In this document: positions 46,652 through 56,447 of the stretch, piece after piece
Layout of the letters: each line of letters opens with the position of its first letter
Numbering within the stretch: position 1 is the stretch's first letter
Assembly: GCA_048884785.1 (NCBI GenBank)
Contig: JBHLQM010000010.1
Location: 1 to 64,000 of the forward strand
Origin: Candidatus Thorarchaeota archaeon
GTDB taxonomy: Archaea > Asgardarchaeota > Thorarchaeia > Thorarchaeales > Thorarchaeaceae
Direction: 5' to 3'
DNA length: 64,000 bases
The notes under the pieces: generated by a model
Databases searched by the model: none
The model's input: the letters and a program-made list of their open reading frames with translations, nothing else
Told to the model about the DNA's origin: nothing
Program-made: the position numbers and the translations under genes

Positions 46652-48349
46652 TTGGCCGTAGAACTCTATCTGATTGCCGCAGTGCTAATAGGTGGCGCAG
46701 CTCTAGCCAAAGTTGCAGAGGAGTATAGATTTCCCTATCCAATCCCCCTCATCATAGCGGGACTTATTCTCGGACAAGCATTCACTGATTCAATCCTCCC
46801 TGAAGAATTTGGAGTGGATTTCATTGCACAGCTAACTTTGGCAACTGTCTTGTTCTATGCTGGATTGACAATGAATCTGAGAGAAACACGCCGTGCCAGG
46901 ACTACGATTATTCTACTGGCAACACTAGGAGTTTTACTGACATCTTTGATATCAGGTGTCACCATGTTCTTTTTAGTTCCATCTACCGGCATATTTCTAG
47001 TACTCACTTTGCTGATTGGAGCAATTGTATCACCAACAGATCCAGCAGCATTGTTCTCTGTCCTTGAGAGTGGTGGAGTAAGTGTTAAGCGAAAACTATT
47101 CACACTACTGGAAGGAGAGGCTGTCTTCAATGATGCCACAGCAGTTATTCTTGTGACTTCAGTATTAGAGCCCTTGATTGTGCCTGGACTGTATGGCGAA
47201 GGTCCTCTTGAGTGGTACGTGATTCTACTTGATTTTGGGCTGAGCATGGGATTGGGTGTCGTAATTGCCTTCGTGGTTGCATTCAGTATTGGCAGAATTA
47301 TTCACTCAAGCGGAGAAGACACGAATATTTCAATACTGACAGCAACCACTCCAATTCTTGCCTACGGTATTGGAGAAGCCATTGCCATCATTATTCCAGG
47401 AGTGCATCCAGGAGCTCTCTCATGTGTTTTTGCAGGCATATTCATGGCAAACTCAAAAATGGTTGGAATATCATTTCTTCCTCAAAAATCAATGAGAATG
47501 GTCATGAAAAATGTCTCATTCGTATTTGAGATAGCAGTTTTCATTCTTCTTGGATTGACGCTTAATATAGCTGCCTTGGTTGCTAGACCAGATCTCATAA
47601 TTGCAGGTCTTGTGATGGGATTCCTGGTCATTTTCTTTGCCAGACCTGTTTCAGTTTTTGCAGTGACTCTAGGAGATAGGTCAGTTGGCATCAGAGATAG
47701 AATTGTATTAAGCTGGGCGGGAGTGAAAGGAGTTGCAAGTGCCGCACTCGCAGCCATTGCAGTTTCTGTAATTACAGACCCTATTCATTCCACGGACATT
47801 GAAACACTTTTTGGATTGCCTCCTGGAGGCGCTCAAGAGATTGGGCTTACTATTACATCGATTGTGTTTATTGTTATTCTGATGAGTTTGTCCATTCAAG
47901 GTCTGTCTACCCCAATTTTGATAACTAGGCTTGGCCTAGTCGAAGGAAAAGATAGGGCGCAAGAAATAACAGCAGAGAGAAATGCTGTGCGTCAGTCATT
48001 GCTGCATCTTGTTGATCAGTATACTGAAGGAAGGGTAGATTCCAAGTTGTATGGCCTTCTAAAAATGGAGCTTGAAGAGCAGATATTCAATTTGGAAGAT
48101 GAGCTTAAGAAGTTGGTTGCTGAGAGAAGGGCAAAAATGCGGGAGTTGGAAATCCGTCAAAACCTTGCCCAGAAGAAATTAGAATTCTATACAACAGAAT
48201 ATGAAGCAGGCAAGATTTCTGATGTGACCTATCAGGATGTTAAATTAGATTTGGATGCGGAAATTGATGAGATTGCAACGAGATTGAAGGCGGCAAGTGC
48301 ATCGGGTCGAAAGAAATCCGATGAAAAGCCCTCAGAATCAGGTCCATAG
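46652..48349 (+). CDS. CPA1 (NhaP-type) cation:proton antiporter with coiled-coil C-terminus
   Basis: SPTDPAA, LEGEAVFNDA, ARP, WAGVKG. Confidence 0.9.
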   Translation: MAVELYLIAAVLIGGAALAKVAEEYRFPYPIPLIIAGLILGQAFTDSILPEEFGVDFIAQLTLATVLFYAGLTMNLRETRRARTTIILLATLGVLLTSLISGVTMFFLVPSTGIFLVLTLLIGAIVSPTDPAALFSVLESGGVSVKRKLFTLLEGEAVFNDATAVILVTSVLEPLIVPGLYGEGPLEWYVILLDFGLSMGLGVVIAFVVAFSIGRIIHSSGEDTNISILTATTPILAYGIGEAIAIIIPGVHPGALSCVFAGIFMANSKMVGISFLPQKSMRMVMKNVSFVFEIAVFILLGLTLNIAALVARPDLIIAGLVMGFLVIFFARPVSVFAVTLGDRSVGIRDRIVLSWAGVKGVASAALAAIAVSVITDPIHSTDIETLFGLPPGGAQEIGLTITSIVFIVILMSLSIQGLSTPILITRLGLVEGKDRAQEITAERNAVRQSLLHLVDQYTEGRVDSKLYGLLKMELEEQIFNLEDELKKLVAERRAKMRELEIRQNLAQKKLEFYTTEYEAGKISDVTYQDVKLDLDAEIDEIATRLKAASASGRKKSDEKPSESGP

Positions 48350-48438
48350 AAGTAAAGTGAGGTTCTTGATTGATAAACCAGTGTATATAGGGCATGGTTC
48401 ATATCTTGGTTTTGCAATCAGTCCTAGCTGGTGAGCAT

Positions 48439-49827
48439 ATGAGTCAGCCAAAGAAGCATTTCAAAAAGCGGAAGCCAACTCCAAGAACTATCGTACGAAC
48501 AATTAGACCATTCCGCGAGTTTCTTCGTCTTGAAGCATCAGGTGGTATTCTTCTTATCATATGCATCATTGTTGCACTTGTCTGGGCGAATTCTCCACTA
48601 GGCTGGACATATGAGTCACTATGGAACTCATTAATCATAATCGGAATTCCAGATGCCATCTTGTCTCAACCACTCAACTTTTGGATTTCTGACCTCTTGA
48701 TGGTTCTATTTTTCTTTCTAATCGGACTTGAGATAAAGAGAGAGCTAATCATAGGATGGCTTTCTTCCATCCAGCAAGCGATACTCCCTGTCATTGCGGC
48801 GATTGGAGGTATGATTGTCCCTGCCATGATTTTTAGCGTACTAAATCCACCAGGGTCATTCGGTGCATCTGGATGGGCAATTCCGACAGCTACGGATATC
48901 GCAATTGTTCTTGGAATTCTAGGATTATTCGGAAACAAAATTCCAACACCATTGAAAGTCTTTGTTGCAACACTTGCAATTGTCGATGACATTGGGGGTG
49001 TGCTACTCATTTCGCTTGTCTATTCTCATGGTCTAGAGATAATGTATCTTGCAGCCGCGGCAGGCATTATGGTCATACTTCTGATATTGAACAATTTAGA
49101 GGTAAGGAGAAAAATTGCCTATGGAATGCTTGGTATTCTTCTTTGGATTTGCCTCTATTTTGGGGGGATTCATCCAACAATTGCAGGTATTCTCTTGGCG
49201 ATGACAATTCCGGCAACCCGTTCAATCGATTACAAAGAGTTCATTGACATATCAGATCAATTGATAGAGCGCCTTCATAAAATAGTAGGCCCAACATCTG
49301 ATGAAACAGATCCGAAGGCGTTTCTCAACACGACTCAGACTCTTGAAATCTCATGTCAAGAGGCACAGGCTCCACTGCAAAGACTAGAACACGATTTAAC
49401 GCAATGGGTAGTGTTCGTCATAGTGCCACTATTTACTTTAGCAAATGCAGGGTTGATATTCTCCTCAGACACTCTAAATGCATTGGCAACTCCAATGTCA
49501 ATTGGGATAATACTTGCTTTGGTTTTTGGGAAGCCTATTGGCATCCTGGGAGCATTGTTCATATCTGATAAACTAGGGCTTATCAAGATGCCAACTACAT
49601 TCTCAAGAAATATGTTGATAGGCTCATCCTTGCTTTGTGGTATTGGCTTTACAATTGCTATATTCATTTCATCGCTAGCATTTGCCGATCCCGTTCTGTT
49701 GGATGGGGCGAAGGGAGCTATATTATTGGCCTCCACAATATCAGCAATAATTGGTATACTATTCCTACGGTGGGAGATAAAAAGGGAGGCGGAGAAGCAA
49801 AAAATTGAGAACTATCAGGGATTCTAA
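48439..49827 (+). CDS. nhaA: Na+/H+ antiporter NhaA
   Basis: FFFLIGLEIKRE, GGMIVPA, GWAIPTATDIA, LAIVDD, GIHPTIAG, GKPIG, CGIGFT. Confidence 0.93.
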   Translation: MSQPKKHFKKRKPTPRTIVRTIRPFREFLRLEASGGILLIICIIVALVWANSPLGWTYESLWNSLIIIGIPDAILSQPLNFWISDLLMVLFFFLIGLEIKRELIIGWLSSIQQAILPVIAAIGGMIVPAMIFSVLNPPGSFGASGWAIPTATDIAIVLGILGLFGNKIPTPLKVFVATLAIVDDIGGVLLISLVYSHGLEIMYLAAAAGIMVILLILNNLEVRRKIAYGMLGILLWICLYFGGIHPTIAGILLAMTIPATRSIDYKEFIDISDQLIERLHKIVGPTSDETDPKAFLNTTQTLEISCQEAQAPLQRLEHDLTQWVVFVIVPLFTLANAGLIFSSDTLNALATPMSIGIILALVFGKPIGILGALFISDKLGLIKMPTTFSRNMLIGSSLLCGIGFTIAIFISSLAFADPVLLDGAKGAILLASTISAIIGILFLRWEIKREAEKQKIENYQGF

Positions 49828-50480
49828 TATGACACTTTCTTATAGACATCAGGAATTCTTAGACCTGTCTTGCCATTGAATACTTCTCTCAAGAGGTCAA
49901 AGTGGTCATCAAGCTCCTTCAGCATTTTCTCAAGTTCATTTGTCTCTATATTTGGTTCTGCAGTCCAGATTGTGAGATAATTGCTGATAACCCCGATTTC
50001 AACAGCACCTTCTTCAAGGTCTCGGAAAATCGTTATTTTGATGAGAAATTCTGCTTCAAACATATTCAATATATCATGAACACTAAGAATAATCAAATCT
50101 AGAAAGCCTACCAAGTCCTCGAGGTCAGGTGACTCAGGAAGGCTACCTCTGAGGGACTCGGTAAATGTCTGAATTGTAGAAGCACGTTGACGCAGGGTTT
50201 CAAACATTTTCATTAATTTTACAAAGTCCTTGATGCTGGTTTCTAGTGATGGTACAAGTCTATCAAAAAGAATGACAAGTAGTTTGCCCTTAGTATTTTC
50301 TCTAATGTTTTGGTAACCATCTAATTTGCCAAGTGGACCATCGAGGTGTTCCAACTGAACAAGGGTGTTTGTAACAGCTTGAATCGATTTAACGGAATTC
50401 CGTTGTATCTTGCCCCATCGCTCGACAAAGCTGTCAATGCCATCACGAAGGTCTTCAAGGGTGTCGAGTTCTTTAGACAA
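49824..50480 (-). CDS. Helical protein resembling the eukaryotic CINP / C1orf109 (AIRIM) family
   Basis: N-terminal W...Q...+.N...QL and C-terminal HDILNMFEAEFLIK...YLTIWTAEPNIE match my recollection of CINP (HKLLEMYRKELLLK...YLSMWLHQPYVE). Confidence 0.55.
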   Translation of the reverse strand: MSKELDTLEDLRDGIDSFVERWGKIQRNSVKSIQAVTNTLVQLEHLDGPLGKLDGYQNIRENTKGKLLVILFDRLVPSLETSIKDFVKLMKMFETLRQRASTIQTFTESLRGSLPESPDLEDLVGFLDLIILSVHDILNMFEAEFLIKITIFRDLEEGAVEIGVISNYLTIWTAEPNIETNELEKMLKELDDHFDLLREVFNGKTGLRIPDVYKKVSY

Positions 50481-50554
50481 CTTGACAATCTACTCCGATG
50501 TAGTTCTTCATTTCAGCGTATATAACTCATTCTCAGGGGGCACATATTTGTTTC

Positions 50555-53047
50555 TCAAGAAATTTTTGAGGTGTCAACCTTTCTTGTTCGCCCAAAAGCT
50601 ACTTTCAATGCATCAACGCTACTGGTGGCAAGACCAACTATATCTCCAGTGAAAAGAGAGAAGAGAACAGAAGCAGCTTTCGCTGGAGCATCAGTACGCT
50701 TTTGTATCTCCTCGACTTCTGAAGAGAATCTATGCCAAAGCCCATCAATGGTTCCTCTCTCCATTATTCCTTCTTCTTCAAGTGCTTTCACAAGATTCCG
50801 TCCAACCATTCCCTCTCGGCTGAACTGGCAAACCAAATCAAGTGTTTCTCGTGCCTCTTTGCTGTCTTTAGATCGTTCAAGAAGACTCACGAAGGAAGAG
50901 GTTGTATGTTGTACTGTTTCTAGGAGTTCTATCAACCTAGTTTTCTGCAAAGGCGTTAGGTTAGACAAAAGCGCTTCATCAATTGACTTTTCAATCTGAC
51001 CAAAGTCTACAAAAGACAGATCCTTGAACTTGAGCTTCTCATCTCCCCACTCGTATCCTTCAAGCAGCAGATTTCGAATGGAATCAGATGATGCAATTCT
51101 AAGAAGTGCTTCAAGTGAATCTTCAGTAGCAAGCCCGGCAATTGGCAGATTTCGTAGCAAACCATCAATAAATGACGTAAAAGATGTAAAGAGCATTCTT
51201 AGTTCTACCCTGAGTCTATCTCTGCTCTTCTTTGTAGTGAGCGGTATCTTGGTGTCAAGCGAATTAGACTTCACCAGTATAGAGTATTCTATCGCCTTTC
51301 GCCAGGACGCTTCCAAATCCGTGTCTATGATTGAGCAAGTGAGCGATGAAGAATGCGTTCGGAGGTATTCATCCTGCACATCCTGAGCCAAAGGAACCTC
51401 ATCACTCTTGGAGTACTCCAATTGAGACAGAGTGTAGTTCATCAGCAAAAGAACATCCATATCATTAGGCGCTTGTTTAGAGGACTGTAATATATTCAAG
51501 CCATCAATAATTAGCTGAGCCGCATTGTATGAAATACCGGATTGAAAAGCCAATTGTCCCAAGCTTGTTAGAATGAATTGTCCTGAACCATTTTTTGAAA
51601 TGAAGGGCTGTGTGCCTTGCATCATCTTCTTGATTAATGCGGTTGTTGAGCCTTTCTTAAAGAATGCATCAAGAGCGGAAGAGAGGGATGCACGGTCAGT
51701 ATCATTACGCAAAAGGCCGTGGCCAATCATACCTATCACCAAATTCGAGAGATTTGATTCATCAATGAATCTAATTGGCAATCGAGGAGAATTGTAGACT
51801 CTGCGAAGCTCGCTTGCATCCTCAATTGTCTTGGTGAAAACAGTGCAAGCACCAGGTCGGATTCTACCACGACGCAACCGGACGGCTCTAGCCATCATTG
51901 ATTGCCTAAAGACCTCATCCATGCCTGGAGACTCCATTACGACATGTGAAACAGGCGCGGTAATTCCATAGGCCAGTGCTTCAGTACCAAAAATGAATCT
52001 TAGATATCCGCGTCTGATAAGCCACTCAATAAACCATCTTTGAGCGTTTGATAGAATACCATGGTACACCCCAATACCGTCACTAAGAAGCTTGGCTTGT
52101 GGATAGCCAATAGCACCAATGATGCCGCTTACCCTGCTCAATCGTTCCTTGATGAGATGATCAATATCGAATGAAACTGCGGTCCCCAAACCAGAGCCTT
52201 CTTTTTCCAAGAATGAATTGATATTGTCAATCGATTTCATATATACAAGGGTTCGAATTCCATCATCAGCCAAGTCTTGGAGTAAACTGAGAAGGTCGTC
52301 GGCTTTTTCTTTGGCCTTTGAATATCTTGTCATAGTGATCTCGGGCGGCTCATAGCTTCGCTCATCGAGAATTAGCTTCACACCAAAATACGATTCGAGT
52401 CGCTCGGGTTCTTCAAACTCCGCCGAGAGCACAAGTCTACGTGGAGGAGAGCTAGGAATACTCCTTAGAAATTCACTCACTTCAAGAAGACGAAGCCCGC
52501 GTTTCGGATCATGGAGGATAGAATGAACATCATCGAAGACTGTCGATACGATGTTGCGGGATAGAAGCCAGTTACGAGTTGTTTCGTATCGTATGAATTC
52601 CAGAAAGGCATCAGGAGTTGCTACTATAATATTAGGAGGTGCTCCCTTACTTAGCCGAATAACAATGTCAGATTCATCAACCCCTCTAAAGAGAACCAGC
52701 GGACGGAGGAACCATCCAAAATATCGTGATATCATTGATGTGGTTTCACGAGCTGATGCATGAAAAGGAGCGATGAAGATCGAAAGAGAAGTATCATCCG
52801 TTTTCGTGGAGCATATTGATTGATACATAGTGTTGGCGGCAAATAGAAGTCCAGCAAATGTCTTGCCAGTTCGAGACTGAGACATGAGGGCAAAATCCCC
52901 TTTTTTGTTATAGAGACCTGCCTTCTCTGCCAGTTTCTGCACTTCGTTGAGTTCAGTTATTCCCAGTGCATTCAAAATGCGTGCCAGCGATGGATCTATA
53001 GTTTTCAACAAGGACACCTCTGCAACAATTGATGGCAATGAAAACAC
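50555..53047 (-). CDS. Degenerate Ski2/Hel308-like helicase with long helical C-terminus
   Basis: SQSRTGKT, ATPD, DDVH, SAE, YHGIL, TEALAYGI, MARAVR, LTSLG; likely start ~53011. Confidence 0.72.
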   Translation of the reverse strand: MFSLPSIVAEVSLLKTIDPSLARILNALGITELNEVQKLAEKAGLYNKKGDFALMSQSRTGKTFAGLLFAANTMYQSICSTKTDDTSLSIFIAPFHASARETTSMISRYFGWFLRPLVLFRGVDESDIVIRLSKGAPPNIIVATPDAFLEFIRYETTRNWLLSRNIVSTVFDDVHSILHDPKRGLRLLEVSEFLRSIPSSPPRRLVLSAEFEEPERLESYFGVKLILDERSYEPPEITMTRYSKAKEKADDLLSLLQDLADDGIRTLVYMKSIDNINSFLEKEGSGLGTAVSFDIDHLIKERLSRVSGIIGAIGYPQAKLLSDGIGVYHGILSNAQRWFIEWLIRRGYLRFIFGTEALAYGITAPVSHVVMESPGMDEVFRQSMMARAVRLRRGRIRPGACTVFTKTIEDASELRRVYNSPRLPIRFIDESNLSNLVIGMIGHGLLRNDTDRASLSSALDAFFKKGSTTALIKKMMQGTQPFISKNGSGQFILTSLGQLAFQSGISYNAAQLIIDGLNILQSSKQAPNDMDVLLLMNYTLSQLEYSKSDEVPLAQDVQDEYLRTHSSSLTCSIIDTDLEASWRKAIEYSILVKSNSLDTKIPLTTKKSRDRLRVELRMLFTSFTSFIDGLLRNLPIAGLATEDSLEALLRIASSDSIRNLLLEGYEWGDEKLKFKDLSFVDFGQIEKSIDEALLSNLTPLQKTRLIELLETVQHTTSSFVSLLERSKDSKEARETLDLVCQFSREGMVGRNLVKALEEEGIMERGTIDGLWHRFSSEVEEIQKRTDAPAKAASVLFSLFTGDIVGLATSSVDALKVAFGRTRKVDTSKIS

Positions 53048-53065
53048 TGTAATAAAGCTAGACTG

Positions 53066-53620
53066 CTACAGGACCAAAACGCCATTTCGAAATCGATTCA
53101 GCAAGTCCACACTTGTGATTATTCCACTTAGTCTACCTTGTTTCTGAATTATCACTGCCGGATGGATCTGAAGCAACGGGATTATCTTTGCGATGGGCGT
53201 GTTCTCCGTCATCATGGGTACACCCTCTGGATTCATTATCGCCTCAACTGTCATTTCTTTTAGGTTGAGATGTATGTTTCTAATGACATCGCTTGCAGTA
53301 ACACATCCAACAAGACGGGTTCCTCGGACAACTGGGAGTTGTGAATAATTTCCTTGTCGCATCTTTGATAGGGCAAGGTAAACTGAGTCTCTTGCATCTA
53401 CTATTTCAACATCTGTGACCATAATGTCAGAGCATACAGTTCCACGTGTCCCACCTAGATATCGAATAATGGATTCCACAATGGAGAGTTTCGGATCAAG
53501 GGTACCTTTCTCAACTCTTGCAATGTATGCCTGTGATACTCCAATCTCATCCGCAAGATCAGACTGACTGACACCAGCTTCCAATCTCAGCCTTCTCAGT
53601 TCTTCAACTGTAGTAGTCAA
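53066..53620 (-). CDS. XRE-HTH plus CBS-pair transcriptional regulator
   Basis: LRLEAGVSQSDLA...SQAYIARVEKGTLDP, YSQLPVV, GIITSVDLL. Confidence 0.9.
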   Translation of the reverse strand: MTTTVEELRRLRLEAGVSQSDLADEIGVSQAYIARVEKGTLDPKLSIVESIIRYLGGTRGTVCSDIMVTDVEIVDARDSVYLALSKMRQGNYSQLPVVRGTRLVGCVTASDVIRNIHLNLKEMTVEAIMNPEGVPMMTENTPIAKIIPLLQIHPAVIIQKQGRLSGIITSVDLLNRFRNGVLVL

Positions 53621-53644
53621 TATTATTCCTCTGCGTAATATAAT

Positions 53645-53659
53645 ATTACCACAGGTAAT
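53645..53659. promoter_or_regulatory. Palindromic operator candidate between the regulator and mat
   Basis: ATTACC-ACA-GGTAAT with degenerate neighbouring copies. Confidence 0.5.
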
Positions 53660-53715
53660 TACTCATGACAAGTTATATAAGTATCTAAAAGGTCGCGAGG
53701 GGCTAAAAGTACGAG

Positions 53716-54924
53716 TTGATAATAATGGACTTACGAGTAACTCGAGGCGCTGGCCCACCTGTTTCGAGCCAGCAAGTTGAAATTGTTGAGAGGAAGGGCA
53801 AAGGACACCCTGATACTCTTTGTGATAAGGCAGCAGAGGAACTATCTGTGCGTCTTAGTGAGTTTTACATTGAAACCTTCAACAGGGTTCAACATCATAA
53901 TGTCGACAAGGTCCTCCTTGTTGGCGGTCAATCAAATGCACGATTCGGTGGCGGGGATGTCATCGAGCCGATTTATCTACTTCTAAGTGGAAGAGCCGTT
54001 GATGTAGTTGACAAGAATTACGAGAAGCAAGTCCCTGTTGGTAAGTTTGCCGTTGAGCATACACGTGAATGGCTTCACAAGGACCTCCCCCATCTCGATG
54101 TCAATTCCGACATCATCATAGACTACAAAATCAGAGCAGGAAGTACTGATCTGGTAGGCAATTTTGACGTTGGTCAAGAAGTCCCGCGAGCCAATGACAC
54201 CAGCTTTGGAGTAGCATACGCTCCCCTGAGTGATACTGAGACGATAGTGCTTGAATCCGAGAGACTTCTGAACAGTGCCAAAGTAAAGAAGCAATGGCCA
54301 CAAATTGGCGAAGATGTGAAAATCATGGGCACCCGAGTAGGAAACAAGCTGCATGTTCAGGTTGCCTCGGCAATTATCTCAACAGAAACAAAGGATGCAG
54401 ATGAATACGCCAACGTAATGGAAGGCATTAGGGATTTGGTCCTTGACCATGCTGTCAAGGTGACCGATCTGGATACAGAGGTTGCCGTGAACACAGCAGA
54501 CTCTCCAAAAGATAATCTCTATTATCTGACAGTCACAGGCACATCAGCCGAGCATGGTGATGATGGCCAAGTCGGAAGAGGCAACCGTGCAAACGGATTG
54601 ATCACACCCTACCGTCCAATGACCTTAGAGGCTGCAGCCGGCAAGAATCCTGTTTCTCACGTTGGTAAGACCTACAATGTTGCGGCACGAGAGATTGTCC
54701 AACGTGTTGTTAATGAGCATCCAGATATCAGTCAGGTCTACTGCTACATGGTCAGCAAGATTGGTGCTCCTATCACAGACCCGCAGGCTGTGAATATTGA
54801 GCTCTATGGCGATTGCGATATTGATGCGGTTAGATCCTCTGTTGAGAGCATCTCCAATGAAGTGATTGCCAAGCTACCTGATGTCTGGAAGGGATTTGTC
54901 AAGCGAGAGTATCAACTCTGGTAG
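53716..54924 (+). CDS. mat: Archaeal methionine adenosyltransferase (SAM synthetase)
   Basis: ERKGKGHPDTLCD, HHNVDK, ANDTSFG, GEDVKIMG, GTSAEHGDDGQVGRGNR, GKNPVSHVGK. Confidence 0.96.
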   Translation: MIIMDLRVTRGAGPPVSSQQVEIVERKGKGHPDTLCDKAAEELSVRLSEFYIETFNRVQHHNVDKVLLVGGQSNARFGGGDVIEPIYLLLSGRAVDVVDKNYEKQVPVGKFAVEHTREWLHKDLPHLDVNSDIIIDYKIRAGSTDLVGNFDVGQEVPRANDTSFGVAYAPLSDTETIVLESERLLNSAKVKKQWPQIGEDVKIMGTRVGNKLHVQVASAIISTETKDADEYANVMEGIRDLVLDHAVKVTDLDTEVAVNTADSPKDNLYYLTVTGTSAEHGDDGQVGRGNRANGLITPYRPMTLEAAAGKNPVSHVGKTYNVAAREIVQRVVNEHPDISQVYCYMVSKIGAPITDPQAVNIELYGDCDIDAVRSSVESISNEVIAKLPDVWKGFVKREYQLW

Positions 54925-54956
54925 ATTTGCAGCAGAGATGTGGAAATCATAAACTC

Positions 54957-55202
54957 TTAGGAGTTTTCCTGCAGCTTGTGATTTCCATCATCTGCTCTGT
55001 TTTTTCTTGATTCGGTTTCCAGTTTGTAGAATGCTATCCAAAAAGCAAGCGCAATAATGAAGATCAAAAATCCAACAATTGAATTGTATTCTATTCCTGC
55101 ATTGAATCGAATATATAGAAGTGGGAGAATAGACACAGCAAATAAGAGCCCACTAATTGCTTTGAGTGCAGTTCTAACTACCCAAGTATTCCAGCCCGGC
55201 AA
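54957..55202 (-). CDS. Small 2-TM membrane protein
   Basis: Two hydrophobic helices; the frame stays open upstream. Confidence 0.55.
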   Translation of the reverse strand: MPGWNTWVVRTALKAISGLLFAVSILPLLYIRFNAGIEYNSIVGFLIFIIALAFWIAFYKLETESRKNRADDGNHKLQENS

Positions 55203-55426
55203 TTCTGACTCTTCATACCATTCCTGAACTTTGATGGGCTGAGAATCGTCAGAAGTGTTGTTTGTCAGCCAATGAGCCCTCCTGTGAATGATTGAGATTG
55301 CGGGAGTTATTAGTCTTTAGTTTCAAGATGTGCGTAACATCTTTTATTAGGACTCACGTATACACCCAATCCAGAACAATCCACCATAATTAGGATGGGT
55401 TGCGATATTTCAGGAGATATCATAGC

Positions 55427-55987
55427 ATGGGTAAGATAGATGACCCAATTGCCAAGCGAATCAGGCAAAAGGCAGCCAAAGACATCAAGGGTGGTTTCTT
55501 TGGAAAAATCACTCATTACATCCCTGGATGGCATGGCTATCAGGAAAAAGAAGAGCGCCGTTCAGCCGATAAGGTGCTTAGAGAATTCCTTGCCGACCAG
55601 CTTAGGTTAGTTAAACAGGACCTAGAGAAGCTCCAAATGATGGTTGTGGACTATAACCTGACCAAGACTTGGGAAACCTTCGATAGGATGCTTGCGCTGA
55701 CAGATAAGATGGAGTCTGCAATCAGATATGCTGATTATGGCTACGCTGCATGGGGCTCCAAAGAGAAGATCAATGAGAAAGAACTCGATAAGGTGTACCA
55801 GTTTGATACGGTCATCATTGATGATATCGGCAACATCAATGACGTTGTTGAGGAGTTCCAAGATAATATGAATCAAGGCAAGTTCGACGACGCATGGAAT
55901 TACACCTATCGAATGTGGACGATTATGCAGCGCCTAGAAGAGAAGTGGAACCAGCGTGAAGGTTTCATGAAGGGCTATCAAGACTAG
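55427..55987 (+). CDS. Conserved-looking helical hypothetical protein
   Basis: IPGWHGYQEKEERRSADK.LR...IRYADYGYA...LDKVYQFD; ATG after AGGAG. Confidence 0.75.
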   Translation: MGKIDDPIAKRIRQKAAKDIKGGFFGKITHYIPGWHGYQEKEERRSADKVLREFLADQLRLVKQDLEKLQMMVVDYNLTKTWETFDRMLALTDKMESAIRYADYGYAAWGSKEKINEKELDKVYQFDTVIIDDIGNINDVVEEFQDNMNQGKFDDAWNYTYRMWTIMQRLEEKWNQREGFMKGYQD

Positions 55988-56000
55988 TTTTTCATTGTAG

Positions 56001-56021
56001 TCTGGGGGATTTTCCCCCAGA
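56001..56021. terminator. Hairpin between convergent genes
   Basis: TCTGGGGGA-TTT-TCCCCCAGA. Confidence 0.65.
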
Positions 56022-56105
56022 TTCATATTCTACATACATCAATTACCTCTTGATGCGACTTGCCATATTGATAGCCAAGAAGGGCAAGAGCTAAAGCACG
56101 AATTA

Positions 56106-56372
56106 CTAAAGGTCGTTCCTTGTCACTTTAACAAGTCTGAAGTGAACCAGCTTCTGGCATTGAGGACAAGTGAAATGACTTGGACCATACCATTCCAGAA
56201 TAGAATTGAAATCTAAAGTAACCCCGCATCTTGGGCATGATACTCTATGTTGACTAGGCAGGTTGTTTAGGGATTCCGAAAATTCTGGAAAACCCTTAAT
56301 GGAAAGGCTTGATTTCTGAGGCGCAATCTCATATTGAAATTGTACTGGCTCGATTCTATTTCGCTCTTTCAA
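56106..56372 (-). CDS. Small Zn-ribbon protein (paralog A)
   Basis: CPRCG..LDFN..LEWYGP.HF.CPQC...HFR; likely TTG 56372. Confidence 0.7.
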   Translation of the reverse strand: MKERNRIEPVQFQYEIAPQKSSLSIKGFPEFSESLNNLPSQHRVSCPRCGVTLDFNSILEWYGPSHFTCPQCQKLVHFRLVKVTRNDL

Positions 56373-56447
56373 TCTACTTCCCTCTAGTAGAAGGATATGA
56401 GCGATTTTCATCTATAAGACCGTGCAATACAAAGCAGAAACATAAGC

